A stretch of DNA of 64,000 bases from Deltaproteobacteria bacterium HGW-Deltaproteobacteria-4 (GTDB lineage: Bacteria; Desulfobacterota; Desulfuromonadia; Desulfuromonadales; UBA2197). The stretch's first letter is position 1. Every line of letters begins with the position of its first letter. The notes beneath the pieces were generated by a model, which made no database searches, had not been told where the DNA came from, and saw only the letters and a list, made by a program, of their open reading frames with translations. Of this stretch, positions 36,685 through 45,764 are shown one piece after another. The translations under genes and the position numbers were made by a program. The stretch covers positions 77,975 through 141,974 of the forward strand of contig PHAV01000006.1 in NCBI GenBank assembly GCA_002841765.1, given 5' to 3'.

Positions 36685-37491
36685 ATGCAGATCATGGTCA
36701 ATGAACGCAGTATCGAAGTCCCCGCCGGGATAAGCCTCTTTGCGCTGCGCGCCAGTTACAAGCCGCAGGCCGATCTCCTGATCGTCAACGGCTTTCCAGC
36801 GCCAAAGGATCAGCTCCTGGCGGATGGTGACCGGGTGGCGCTGATCCAGCGCGGTGAAGTGCCGCTCCCTGAAGAGATGGAAGCGCTGCTCATGGCGCGC
36901 CACACGCCGGGAGTGCATGAAAAGATCAAGGGGGGGACGGTTGGGATTGCCGGCTGCGGCGGCCTCGGTTCGGCGGTGGCGGTCGCTCTTGCCCGCATCG
37001 GTGTCGGGCGGTTGTTGCTGGCTGATTTCGATCTGGTCGAACCGTCGAATCTCAATCGTCAGCAGTTCTTTGTCGATCAGATCGGCTTGGCCAAGGTCGA
37101 TGCCCTCAAAGCGAATCTCGGGCGGATCAATCCTTTCGTCAAGGTCGCCACCTATCATGGCCGCCTTGATCGCAGCAATATCCCGCAGGTCTTTAGCGTC
37201 GCCGATCTTCTGATTGAAGCCTTTGACGGTGCCGATCAGAAGGCGCTGCTGGTTGAGAGCTGGCGGCAGAGCTTTCCCGAAAAACCGCTGATCGCCGCCT
37301 CGGGCCTCGCCGGTTTCGGACCGTCTAATACTATCACCACCCGGCGGGTCGGCCGTAACTTCTGGCTGGTCGGCGATGGCGACAGTAGCGCCGGTCCCGG
37401 TCAGGGGTTGATGGCGCCGCGCGTCGGCGTTGCGGCGCACCACCAGGCCAATGCTGCCCTGCGCCTGCTGTTGGGCGAAGAACCGGAATAA
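36685..37491 (+). CDS. thiF: ThiF-type sulfur-carrier adenylyltransferase with an N-terminal ThiS-like (beta-grasp) domain
   Basis: The first ~60 aa (MQIMVNERSIEVPAG...DGDRVALIQRGE) resemble ThiS but lack a C-terminal GG. Then GIAGCGGLGS Rossmann motif and EPSNLNRQ E1-like blocks. Confidence 0.75.
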   Translation: MQIMVNERSIEVPAGISLFALRASYKPQADLLIVNGFPAPKDQLLADGDRVALIQRGEVPLPEEMEALLMARHTPGVHEKIKGGTVGIAGCGGLGSAVAVALARIGVGRLLLADFDLVEPSNLNRQQFFVDQIGLAKVDALKANLGRINPFVKVATYHGRLDRSNIPQVFSVADLLIEAFDGADQKALLVESWRQSFPEKPLIAASGLAGFGPSNTITTRRVGRNFWLVGDGDSSAGPGQGLMAPRVGVAAHHQANAALRLLLGEEPE

Positions 37492-37512
37492 ATTAACGAC
37501 AAGGATTTAACC

Positions 37513-37710
37513 ATGCAACTACAAATTAACGGTAACACGCGCGATGTCAGCGCCGGTGACGTCGCCGGCCTGCTTCAGGAGTTGGGACTTGATGCCAGCC
37601 GTGTTGCCGTCGAATTGAATCGCGCCATTGTCCTGCAAGCCAACTTTGCCCAAACCCCGTTAGTCGCCGGAGACAGCATCGAAATCGTCCAGTTCGTCGG
37701 CGGCGGGTAA
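37513..37710 (+). CDS. thiS: Sulfur carrier protein ThiS
   Basis: 65 aa, MQLQINGN..., ending ...IEIVQFVGGG. Confidence 0.9.
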   Translation: MQLQINGNTRDVSAGDVAGLLQELGLDASRVAVELNRAIVLQANFAQTPLVAGDSIEIVQFVGGG

Positions 37711-37728
37711 TTCAACCTGAACAAGGCT

Positions 37729-37871
37729 GTTTCACACGGATTTACACGGATGAGACGGATAAAGGACAGATAAATCAAAATGGCGAGTATTGATCGTCAA
37801 AAAGGTGTGGGGTGAACGTTTAATCCGTAAAATCCGTACAAATCAGATTTTATCCGTGTGAAATGCTCTTG
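37729..37871. repeat. MITE-like ACGGAT-array repeat, copy 3 (longest), inside the thi operon
   Basis: GTTTCACACGGATTTACACGGATGAGACGGATAAAGGACAGATAAATCA ... TTTAATCCGTAAAATCCGTACAAATCAGATTTTATCCGTGTGAAATGC. Begins 19 nt after the thiS stop and ends 31 nt before the thiG ATG. Confidence 0.8.
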
Positions 37872-37901
37872 CGTTATTTCTCCTCAGGAAAAGGATCTTC
37901 C

Positions 37902-38672
37902 ATGTCCGATCTTATCATTGCCAATCGCACCTTCTCCTCCCGGCTCCTTATCGGCACCGGCAAGTTTTCCTCCAACGCCGCCATGGTCGCGGCCATGGAA
38001 GGCTCCGGATGCGAGATTGTCACTGTTGCCCTGCGCCGCGTCGATGTCGACGATCCGCAGGACAGCTTGTTGTCCCACATTGACCGGAATAAATATCTCC
38101 TCCTCCCCAATACCAGCGGTGCTCGTGATGCCGAAGAAGCAGTGCGTCTCGCCCGTCTTTCCCGGGCGGCCGGCTGTGAGCCGTGGATCAAACTCGAAGT
38201 CACCCCGGACCCTTATTATCTTCTTCCCGACCCGATCGAGACCTTGAAGGCGGCGGAGATTCTCGTCAAGGAAGGCTTCATCGTCCTCCCTTACATCAAC
38301 GCTGATCCGGTCCTCGCCAAGCGTCTGCAGGAAGTCGGTACGGCCACGGTCATGCCGCTAGGGGCGCCGATCGGCACGAATCGCGGCCTGCGCACCCGTG
38401 AGCAGATCGCCATCATCATCGAGCAGGCGATTGTTCCGGTCATCGTCGATGCCGGGCTCGGTGCCCCCTCTCATGCTGCTGAAGCGATGGAGCTCGGTGC
38501 CGATGCCGTTCTGGTTAACACCGCTCTGGCGGTGGCCCGCGATCCGGGGTTGATGGGGCAGGCTTTCCGCAAAGGGGTTGAAGCCGGACGCGAGGGCTAT
38601 CTGGCCGGCCTCGGCAGTCAGCGGCATCAGGCAGAAGCGTCCAGTCCTCTGACCGGTTTTTTGCGCAACTAA
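37902..38672 (+). CDS. thiG: Thiazole synthase
   Basis: [17 protein letters not shown] and VMPLGAPIG...AGLG blocks. Start moved to MSDLIIANR; the track extension starts inside the repeat. Confidence 0.9.
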   Translation: MSDLIIANRTFSSRLLIGTGKFSSNAAMVAAMEGSGCEIVTVALRRVDVDDPQDSLLSHIDRNKYLLLPNTSGARDAEEAVRLARLSRAAGCEPWIKLEVTPDPYYLLPDPIETLKAAEILVKEGFIVLPYINADPVLAKRLQEVGTATVMPLGAPIGTNRGLRTREQIAIIIEQAIVPVIVDAGLGAPSHAAEAMELGADAVLVNTALAVARDPGLMGQAFRKGVEAGREGYLAGLGSQRHQAEASSPLTGFLRN

Positions 38673-38714
38673 AATCGGACCGATCTGACCGATCGGACCG
38701 ATCCGACTGATCGG

Positions 38715-39836
38715 ATGATAAAAATGTCTTTTCTCGACGAAATCAGTAAGTACGACCCGGCGCAGATTCGCGACGAAATTGCCGCCCGGACGAGCGCCGA
38801 TGTCGAGCGCGCCCTGACGGCGACGCCGTTGCGCCTCGATGGTTTTCTTGCCCTGCTGTCGCCGGCAGCGGCGCCGTATCTGGAGACGATGGCGCAGCGC
38901 GCGCATCAGCTCACCGTGCAGCGCTTCGGACGGACCATCCAGATGTACGCCCCCCTGTATCTTTCCAACGAATGTTCCAACGGCTGCCTGTACTGCGGTT
39001 TCAACGTTCACAACCAGATGCCGCGCAAAACCTTGAGTGTCGACGAGATTTACGCTGAAGCGCAGGTACTGCACGATCGCGGTTTCCGGCATCTTCTCAT
39101 CGTCACCGGCGAAGCGCCGCAGATTGCCGGGCTCGATTATCTCGAAGCAGCGATTCAGCGGATTCGTCCCCTCTTCTCGTCGCTGAGTATCGAGATCTAT
39201 CCCCTCGATCAAACCGGTTATGCGCGACTGATCGCCGCCGGCGTCGATGGCCTCACCTTGTATCAGGAGACTTACGCGCGCCCCCTTTACGCGCAGATGC
39301 ACCCCTCCGGCAAGAAGCGAGATTACGACTGGCGCCTCCTCGGGCCGGAGCGCGCTGCGGCTGCCGGCATCCGCCGAGTCGGGGTCGGGAGTCTCCTTGG
39401 GCTCGGCGACTTCCGCGTCGAAGGCTTCTTTACAGCGCTGCACGCCCTTTATCTCGCCCGTCACTACTGGCGCACCCACCTCAGCGTCTCCTTCCCGCGC
39501 ATGCGCCCGGCGGATGGCGGTTTTCAGCCGCTGGCGCCGGTCTCGGACCGGGACTTTGTCCAGATCCTCTGCGCCCTGCGTCTCCTGATCCCCGACGCCG
39601 GGCTCGTTCTCTCCACCCGCGAAAGCGCCACCCTGCGCGACCATCTCCTTCCCTTGGGGATTACCCAGATGAGCGCCGGCAGCTGCACGGCGCCGGGGGG
39701 GTACGCCAGCGAGGATGACAGCGGTCAGCAGTTTGTGATTGACGATGATCGCAACGTCGATGAAGTGGCGGCGATGATCCGCAGTCAGGGATATGAGCCG
39801 GTCTGGAAGGATTGGGATGTCGCGTTTGTGCGCTGA
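38715..39836 (+). CDS. thiH: 2-iminoacetate synthase (tyrosine lyase), radical SAM
   Basis: YLSNECSNGCLYCGFN cluster motif. 373 aa, positioned between thiG and thiE. Start could be 38724. Confidence 0.85.
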   Translation: MIKMSFLDEISKYDPAQIRDEIAARTSADVERALTATPLRLDGFLALLSPAAAPYLETMAQRAHQLTVQRFGRTIQMYAPLYLSNECSNGCLYCGFNVHNQMPRKTLSVDEIYAEAQVLHDRGFRHLLIVTGEAPQIAGLDYLEAAIQRIRPLFSSLSIEIYPLDQTGYARLIAAGVDGLTLYQETYARPLYAQMHPSGKKRDYDWRLLGPERAAAAGIRRVGVGSLLGLGDFRVEGFFTALHALYLARHYWRTHLSVSFPRMRPADGGFQPLAPVSDRDFVQILCALRLLIPDAGLVLSTRESATLRDHLLPLGITQMSAGSCTAPGGYASEDDSGQQFVIDDDRNVDEVAAMIRSQGYEPVWKDWDVAFVR

Positions 39837-40467
39837 AGAGGGGAAGGTCGACTTCTCTTTGTATTTGATCAGCGATCGAAAATCCCTGCCGAGCGGGCAG
39901 GAGCTGGTCGCGACAGTGCGGGCGGCTTTGCGCGGCGGGGTGCGGGCGGTGCAGCTGCGGGAAAAAGATTTGAGTGCCGCCGAACTCTACCCGTTGGCGC
40001 TGGCATTGCGGCAGGTGACGCGGGAATTTTCCGCCCGATTGCTGATCAACGACCGTGTCGATCTTGCTCTGGCGGTTGACGCGGATGGCGTTCATCTCGG
40101 CGCACATTCTTTGCCGGTGAGTGTTGTCCGCCAGCTCCTTGGCGAGCAGCGCATCATCGGCGTCTCCACGCATCACCCCGATGAAGTTCATCGCGCCGCT
40201 GTTGCCGGCGCCGACTTTGTCACCTTCGGGCCGGTTTACTCCACTCCCTCGAAAATTGCTTACGGACCGCCGGTCGGATTGGAACCACTTGCGGCGGTTT
40301 GTGCTGACCCCCCCCTGCCGGTCTTTGCTCTCGGCGGAGTGAGCGTAGCGCGTCTCCCCGAGCTGCGCGCGGCCGGCTGCGCTCATGTTGCGTTGATCGG
40401 GGCGATTCTGCAGGCGGTCGATCCGGAGGAAGCGGCGCGGGGTTTGTTGCGGGGGATTACGGGCTAA
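39817..40467 (+). CDS. thiE: Thiamine-phosphate synthase
   Basis: LYLISDR...VQLREKD...LLINDRVDLA...DGVHLG...GVSTH...FGPVY.T.SK...ALGG blocks. Start set at the second ATG behind GGAAGGA. Overlaps the thiH end. Confidence 0.85.
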   Translation: MSRLCAEEGKVDFSLYLISDRKSLPSGQELVATVRAALRGGVRAVQLREKDLSAAELYPLALALRQVTREFSARLLINDRVDLALAVDADGVHLGAHSLPVSVVRQLLGEQRIIGVSTHHPDEVHRAAVAGADFVTFGPVYSTPSKIAYGPPVGLEPLAAVCADPPLPVFALGGVSVARLPELRAAGCAHVALIGAILQAVDPEEAARGLLRGITG

Positions 40468-40470
40468 AAT

Positions 40471-40576
40471 CACCACCCCCCGACCCCCTCCTAAACTAAG
40501 GAGGGGGAGACGGTCAAAAGCTCCCCTCTTTTTTTAAGGAGGACCCAGATTCGGGCCTAAAGGGCTGGGGGTGGCG
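40471..40576. repeat. Composite palindromic repeat (CACCACCCCC...CCTCCT family), degenerate
   Basis: CACCACCCCCCGACCCCCTCCTAAACTAAGGAGGGGGAGACGG ... AAGGAGGACCC ... AGGGCTGGGGGTGGCG. Confidence 0.7.
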
Positions 40577-40587
40577 AGGTTCTTGAT

Positions 40588-42042
40588 TTACCGCGGTGCG
40601 TTCATGTCAAGCTGATAGCGGTTGCGCATGATGCTGATCAGGGTGTTGACGCCGCGCAGGGCGCTGCGAAGCTGATCGCGGGATCGCTCGGGGAGGAGGG
40701 ACGGGTCGACAAGGTTGCCCGCCTCCTGTCCGGAGCTGAGAGCACTCAACTGCTTCTCCAGACGCAGCTTGACGAGAAAGGTAAAGCCTTCTTTCAAGGT
40801 TTCCCACTCCTCATCCGAGACAATCTGGAGGAGGTGGAGACGTTCGAGTTTATCCCAGGTTGTCCCGCCGAGAATCCCCGTCTCCAGGGCGAGGAGCCCG
40901 ACCCCCCGGGTCAAAGTAAAAATCCCCCCCTTTTTTAGATCGATCTTCCCCCGCTCCTCCCCTGATTTCCCCGTTAAAAAGCGGCCAAAGATGCCGATCG
41001 GCGCTTTGAAACGTGCGATATTGCGCGCCATGTTCGGAAAGAAGATGCCGTTGTTTTTGGTGTAGACGCTGAGATGGACGCGCAGTTCTTTCTCGAATTC
41101 CTTGTCACCATGCACCACGCGTAAATCCTGAAAAACGCCGAAATAGACCATCTGCTCCGGGGTGGGGATAGAGATCCAGCGCGCCGTCAATTCTTTCCAT
41201 TCGCTCAGGCTGTGGCACCAATCCGGAGAGTTGGCCATCATCTGCCCCGGGCAAAGGGGGACGCCCACAAACTCCAGGGCGGCGACAATGCGTTCGGCAA
41301 AGCGCCGCACCTCGACAAGTTGGTCGGCGGGGAGGTCGTCGCGGTAAACGATGGCACTGTCCTGGTCGGTGCGCAGGGTCTGCTCACCGCGCCCTTCGCT
41401 TCCGAGAGCAAGGTAGGCCGCGCCGGGCGGCAGGCAGATCCTCTCTGTGGTGGCGAGGATGGCGATCAAACGCTCGGTCAAAGCATCATTGAAATGGCTG
41501 ATGAGTTGAATCAGGCTCTGGGTATCGGCATTGGTACGGAGCGCGTACTGGAGCATGCCGATCATCTTTTTGCCGAGGGTGCGCAGCTGTTCGAGAGAGG
41601 TCGCCGCTTCGATCTCTTTGATCAGATAAAGCGGGCTGCGGGTTTGAATGCGCAGCAGGTCGGTATCGGTCATGACCCCGACGAGGCGCTCCAGTTCATC
41701 GACGACGATCAGGCGGTGGATATTGTGCTTGGCCATCAAAAAGATGGCCTTGAAGAGGTAGTCGTGGGCGTAGATGGTGATCAGGCGAGTCTTCATGATT
41801 TCGCCGACCTTCAGCTGCCCGAGGGTGTCAGGGGCATCGGCGATGAGGTTGCGGAGGTCGCGTAGCGAGACGATGCCGACGGGCTTTTCTGTTTCGACGA
41901 CCACGACCCCTGAAATATTCTGGCGCTTCATCAGGCGGGCCATTTCAACCAGGCTCAGCTCGGGCGAACAGGTGATAGCCGGACGATGGCAGACACTGTC
42001 AACGGTGATGAAAAAGAAACTGTCTTCATTGATAGCCGGCAT
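40588..42042 (-). CDS. CBS-pair + DUF294-type nucleotidyltransferase + DUF294_C substrate-binding-domain protein (paralog 1)
   Basis: Two CBS-like repeats (...GVVVVETEKPVGIVSLRDL..., ...HRLIVVDELERLVGVMTDTDLL...). NTase motif LALGSEGRGEQTLRTDQDSAIVY. Start set at ATG (MPAINED) behind AGGTGG. Confidence 0.8.
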   Translation of the reverse strand: MPAINEDSFFFITVDSVCHRPAITCSPELSLVEMARLMKRQNISGVVVVETEKPVGIVSLRDLRNLIADAPDTLGQLKVGEIMKTRLITIYAHDYLFKAIFLMAKHNIHRLIVVDELERLVGVMTDTDLLRIQTRSPLYLIKEIEAATSLEQLRTLGKKMIGMLQYALRTNADTQSLIQLISHFNDALTERLIAILATTERICLPPGAAYLALGSEGRGEQTLRTDQDSAIVYRDDLPADQLVEVRRFAERIVAALEFVGVPLCPGQMMANSPDWCHSLSEWKELTARWISIPTPEQMVYFGVFQDLRVVHGDKEFEKELRVHLSVYTKNNGIFFPNMARNIARFKAPIGIFGRFLTGKSGEERGKIDLKKGGIFTLTRGVGLLALETGILGGTTWDKLERLHLLQIVSDEEWETLKEGFTFLVKLRLEKQLSALSSGQEAGNLVDPSLLPERSRDQLRSALRGVNTLISIMRNRYQLDMNAPR

Positions 42043-42339
42043 GATGTCCACCTGATTTTTGACGGGAAGTGATCATATTCTTCCGTAATTGCTGGAAGAA
42101 TGCAATTCAAAAGGGTGGACGCCACCGCTGTTCCGCCACCGCTGCTGTGTTCCACTCTGTAACGCCGTTTAAGTCCATCGCTGCCGGTGGCCGGGAGGGG
42201 GCTGTTTGCCGGTATGGATTCCTTTGTTCCCGTGTATCAATAAAACGCATATTTATCGAATTTATTTTTATCAGCGAAACATCAACTCCCTTGTTATGAA
42301 AAATCAAAAGGAGATAAATAATTTTATTTTTCAAAAGGT

Positions 42340-42368
42340 TTGACCGATCTAATCGATAAAAATATAAT
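42340..42368 (+). promoter_or_regulatory. Near-consensus sigma70 promoter with no adjacent ORF
   Basis: TTGACC (42340-42345) - 17 nt - TATAAT (42363-42368), counted base by base. Confidence 0.5.
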
Positions 42369-42374
42369 AAATAA

Positions 42375-42440
42375 AGATAGTTATTCGTTTAATGGAGCTT
42401 GAAGATTCCTCTTTTGGGGGGTGGCAGCTCCCTTTTTTTG
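42375..42440 (+). ncRNA. Candidate ~65-nt small RNA, or terminated leader, between the orphan promoter and a T-tract hairpin
   Basis: GGAGCT (42394-42399) pairs with AGCTCC (42426-42431), with an inner CCTC/GGGG pairing, followed by TTTTTTT (42433-42439). No ORF with an RBS in the unit. Confidence 0.3.
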
Positions 42441-42482
42441 CGAGATTAATATGCCGGTGAAATGAAATTTTAAAATATAGTG

Positions 42483-42511
42483 TTGACAATTATAGAACGA
42501 TGTACTAATAA
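42483..42511 (+). promoter_or_regulatory. Putative sigma70 promoter of the iclR-family gene
   Basis: TTGACA - 17 nt - TAATAA, preceded by the AT-palindrome ATTTTAAAAT. Confidence 0.4.
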
Positions 42512-42584
42512 AAATATAACACACTTTAGAAAAACGTTTTATCCCCATTTGGCCCTTTCACGATAGACGATCAAAGGTGCAAAG

Positions 42585-43349
42585 ATGACCAGAGAAAAAG
42601 GCGTCTATTCAGTTCAAGCGGTTGTCAAGGCGATTGAGCTTCTCGAAGCGCTGGCGCAGGAGGAGACCAATCTCACCCTGGCAGTCCTGGCCAAGAAGCT
42701 CGAGCTCAGTCGCAATAAATCATTCCGCCTCCTGGCCACCCTTGAAGACAAGGGACTGGTCGAGCGCAATGAAAGTACCGGTGCTTACAGTCTTGGCGTG
42801 CAGGCCTTCGAGATGGCGCAGCATATTCTCAAGAGTGCGAACCTTCTCCGTCTGGCTCACCCGGTGATGGAAGAGTTGGCCCATAAACTTGGCGAAGCCA
42901 TCTACCTTACCGTTGTTAGTGACGATGAAGTCCTCTTTCTTGATATGGTCGATTCCTTTCAGCAGGTCCGCGCTGTCGATCTGGTCGGCAAGCGTTTCCC
43001 CTTCTTTACCAACGCCGCCGGCAAGGTGATCAAGTCGGTCGGTTCCATCGATCTCTTCGGGCGTGGCGGCAAGCGCCGCAGCGAAGAGGAATCCCGGGAA
43101 TTGGTCAAGGAGCTGGAAGAGATTCGCCGTAAAGGTGTGGCTGTCGATTTTGGCGGACTGGGCGAAGGGATCTGTGCGGTGGCAGTGGTGATACGCGATT
43201 ACGCCGGCAAGGTGGTCGGTGCGCTCACTCTTCTCGCCCCCTCCTTTCGTATGCTGCCGGAGCGACTGGAGGGTGAAGTGATCCCCGCCCTTTTGGTCGC
43301 CGGTGAGCAGTTGTCGATGAAATTCGGTTATTCTCGTGCCTATGCTTGA
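42585..43349 (+). CDS. IclR-family transcriptional regulator
   Basis: N-terminal wHTH (VQAVVKAIELLEALA...LAVLAKKLELSRNKSFRLLATLEDKGLVE) and a C-terminal IclR effector-domain pattern. 254 aa. Confidence 0.8.
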   Translation: MTREKGVYSVQAVVKAIELLEALAQEETNLTLAVLAKKLELSRNKSFRLLATLEDKGLVERNESTGAYSLGVQAFEMAQHILKSANLLRLAHPVMEELAHKLGEAIYLTVVSDDEVLFLDMVDSFQQVRAVDLVGKRFPFFTNAAGKVIKSVGSIDLFGRGGKRRSEEESRELVKELEEIRRKGVAVDFGGLGEGICAVAVVIRDYAGKVVGALTLLAPSFRMLPERLEGEVIPALLVAGEQLSMKFGYSRAYA

Positions 43350-43663
43350 CGATTTTTAATAATGGTGTAAGTTCTTTGGCAGATGATAATTTTTACCAGA
43401 AAGAGTTTCGCTCAAAGGTTTAATCGCAAAAACTGTTATGCACCGACATGAAGAAGATCTATTGAATGCTAGGAAAGGAGAATGAATGACTTTAATGAGA
43501 CGAAAAGGCGCAACCTTCGGCAGTGTCACTTTTAACGAGGAGGTCTCATTCCGCCGGCATCTGTAACAACAGCAGTACAAAAGTTCGAGATGGAAAAGTG
43601 GTGATTATCGCGGCTGATTCCGGCCAAGAGCAACCAACATTACAAGCAGAGTGAGGAGAATTT

Positions 43664-43918
43664 ATGGACACAAGTGGAAAGGCTTACTGGCACGCGGTAC
43701 TAAAACTCGTAGGGGCACACCTATTCGTCTGGGCCCTGGTTTCTTATGGTTTCGGTATCGTCTTCGCTTCGGCACTGAACAACATCCATCTGGGTGGTTA
43801 CCCGCTTGGCTTCTGGTTTGCGCATCAGGGCTCGATCTATTGTTTCATTGCCCTGATTTTCGTGTTCGCCAAGTTGATGGGCGAACTTGACAAAAAATTC
43901 GATGTCCACGAGCAATAG
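43664..43918 (+). CDS. DUF4212-type small membrane subunit of a solute:sodium symporter
   Basis: 84 aa, two TM segments, GAGGAG RBS, directly upstream of the SSS gene. Confidence 0.7.
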   Translation: MDTSGKAYWHAVLKLVGAHLFVWALVSYGFGIVFASALNNIHLGGYPLGFWFAHQGSIYCFIALIFVFAKLMGELDKKFDVHEQ

Positions 43919-43931
43919 GGAGGCGACCTAA

Positions 43932-45737
43932 ATGGATCTTCAAACTTTAACTTATCTTTTCGTTGGCGGTAGTTTCGCCGTTTACTTCGGCATCGCCCTT
44001 TGGGCTCGCGCCGGCAGCACCAGCGAATTCTATGTGGCCGGTGGTGGCGTTCCCCCGATGTTGAACGGCATGGCTACCGCGGCTGACTGGATGTCGGCAG
44101 CGTCCTTTATCTCTATGGCCGGCCTCATCTCCAACATGGGCTATGGCGGCGGTCTCTTCCTGATGGGGTGGACCGGCGGCTACGTTCTGATGGCGATGCT
44201 GCTGGCTCCTTACCTGCGTAAGTTTGGCAAGTTTACCGTCCCCTCCTTTGTCGCTGAGCGTTACTATTCCAATGGCGCGGCAACCGTGGCGGTTATCTGC
44301 CTCTTGACCATGTCCCTGACCTATATCATCGGCCAGATGACTGGCGTCGGCGTCACCTTTGCCCGTTTCCTCGGGGTGACCAACGAAATGGGTATCTACC
44401 TTGGCATGGCGATCGTCTTTGCCTATGCCGTCTTCGGCGGCATGAAGGGGATCACCTACACCCAGGTGGCCCAGTACGTTGTCTTGATCGCCGCCTATAC
44501 AATCCCGGCCATCTTCATCTCCTTCCAGTTGACTGGCAATCCGATCCCCCAGCTCGGCCTCGGCGGTGATCTGGTCGGTCAGAACATCTCTCTGCTGGCC
44601 CGGCTTGATCAGGTCGTCACCGACCTTGGATTCGGCCAGTACACCACCTCGGCGACCGGCAGCTTGTTTAACATGTTCATTTATACCGTGACCCTGATGA
44701 TCGGCACCGCCGGTCTGCCCCACGTCATCATTCGCTTCTTCACCGTCCCCACCGTTGCTGCGGCCCGTTCCTCGGCCGGTTGGGCCCTGGTCTTCATTGC
44801 CCTGCTTTACACCACCGCACCCGCGGTAGCCGCCATGGCCCGCATGAATCTGATCTCCACGGTCAACTCGGCCGCCAAGACCGGCGGCGACATGTACGCC
44901 GCCGATGCCAGCCTGGTTCATGCCGAGCGTCCGGCCTGGATGAAGCGTTGGGAAGTCACCGGCCTGCTTAAATGGGAAGACAAGAACAACGACGGCCGCA
45001 TTCAGTACTACAATGACAAAACCAAGAACGAAGCTGCCGCCGCTAAAGCAGCCGCTGCAGGCTGGGGCGGCAACGAACTGACCGTCAACGCTGACATCAT
45101 CGTTCTGGCCAACCCGGAGATCGCCCTGCTGCCCAACTGGGTCATCGCTCTGGTCGCCGCCGGCGGTGTCGCAGCAGCACTCTCCACCGCCGCCGGTCTG
45201 CTCCTCGCCATCTCTTCGGCAATCTCCCATGACCTGCTGAAGAAAATCTGGATGCCGAACCTCAGCGAAAAAGGCGAACTGATGGCCGGTAAAGTTGCCA
45301 TGGCTGGCTCGATCGTGGTTGCAGGCTGGCTCGGTCTCAATCCCCCGGGCTTCGCTGCCGGCACCGTGGCCCTGGCCTTCGGTATTGCCGCCTCCACCAT
45401 CTTCCCGGTACTGATGATGGGTATCTTCAACAAGAAGATGAACAAGGAAGGCGCCATTGCCGGTATGCTGGCAGGTCTGTTCGTCACCCTGTTCTACGTT
45501 TTTGCCCACAAAGGGATCTTCTTCATCAAAGGGACCGGTTACCTCCCCTTGATCGGTGGCGCGAACTCCTTCTTAGGCCTCACCCCGGAAGCCTTTGGCA
45601 CCATCGGTGCGCTGGCCAACTTTGCTGTCGCTTATGTGGTGAGCAAGTTCACCCCGGAGTGCCCGGAGCACATCCAGCACCTGGTTGAAGATGTCCGTAC
45701 GCCGCGTGGATCTAAAGTCGTCAGTGGCGCGCACTAA
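43932..45737 (+). CDS. Sodium:solute symporter family transporter (601 aa)
   Basis: Polytopic, GTAGLPHVIIRFFTVPT block, AGGGAGG RBS. Contains a hydrophilic insert (...KWEDKNNDGRIQYYNDKTKNEAAAAKAAAAGWGG...). Confidence 0.8.
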   Translation: MDLQTLTYLFVGGSFAVYFGIALWARAGSTSEFYVAGGGVPPMLNGMATAADWMSAASFISMAGLISNMGYGGGLFLMGWTGGYVLMAMLLAPYLRKFGKFTVPSFVAERYYSNGAATVAVICLLTMSLTYIIGQMTGVGVTFARFLGVTNEMGIYLGMAIVFAYAVFGGMKGITYTQVAQYVVLIAAYTIPAIFISFQLTGNPIPQLGLGGDLVGQNISLLARLDQVVTDLGFGQYTTSATGSLFNMFIYTVTLMIGTAGLPHVIIRFFTVPTVAAARSSAGWALVFIALLYTTAPAVAAMARMNLISTVNSAAKTGGDMYAADASLVHAERPAWMKRWEVTGLLKWEDKNNDGRIQYYNDKTKNEAAAAKAAAAGWGGNELTVNADIIVLANPEIALLPNWVIALVAAGGVAAALSTAAGLLLAISSAISHDLLKKIWMPNLSEKGELMAGKVAMAGSIVVAGWLGLNPPGFAAGTVALAFGIAASTIFPVLMMGIFNKKMNKEGAIAGMLAGLFVTLFYVFAHKGIFFIKGTGYLPLIGGANSFLGLTPEAFGTIGALANFAVAYVVSKFTPECPEHIQHLVEDVRTPRGSKVVSGAH

Positions 45738-45764
45738 GCTGATCGTTCATGAAGGTTAGTTTTG

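Noticed and set aside
36391-39644. 350-aa and 428-aa minus-strand ORFs antisense to thiF and to thiG/thiH
   Set aside because: Shadow ORFs in a well-supported plus-strand thi operon.
42069-42334. 76-aa (plus) and 75-aa (minus) ORFs in the DUF294 / iclR divergent region
   Set aside because: They overlap each other, have no RBS, and run through promoter-like AT-rich DNA.
43947-45509. 520-aa minus-strand ORF antisense to the 601-aa SSS gene
   Set aside because: Gly/Asp/His-rich low-complexity shadow ORF. The plus strand has the transporter signature and an RBS.
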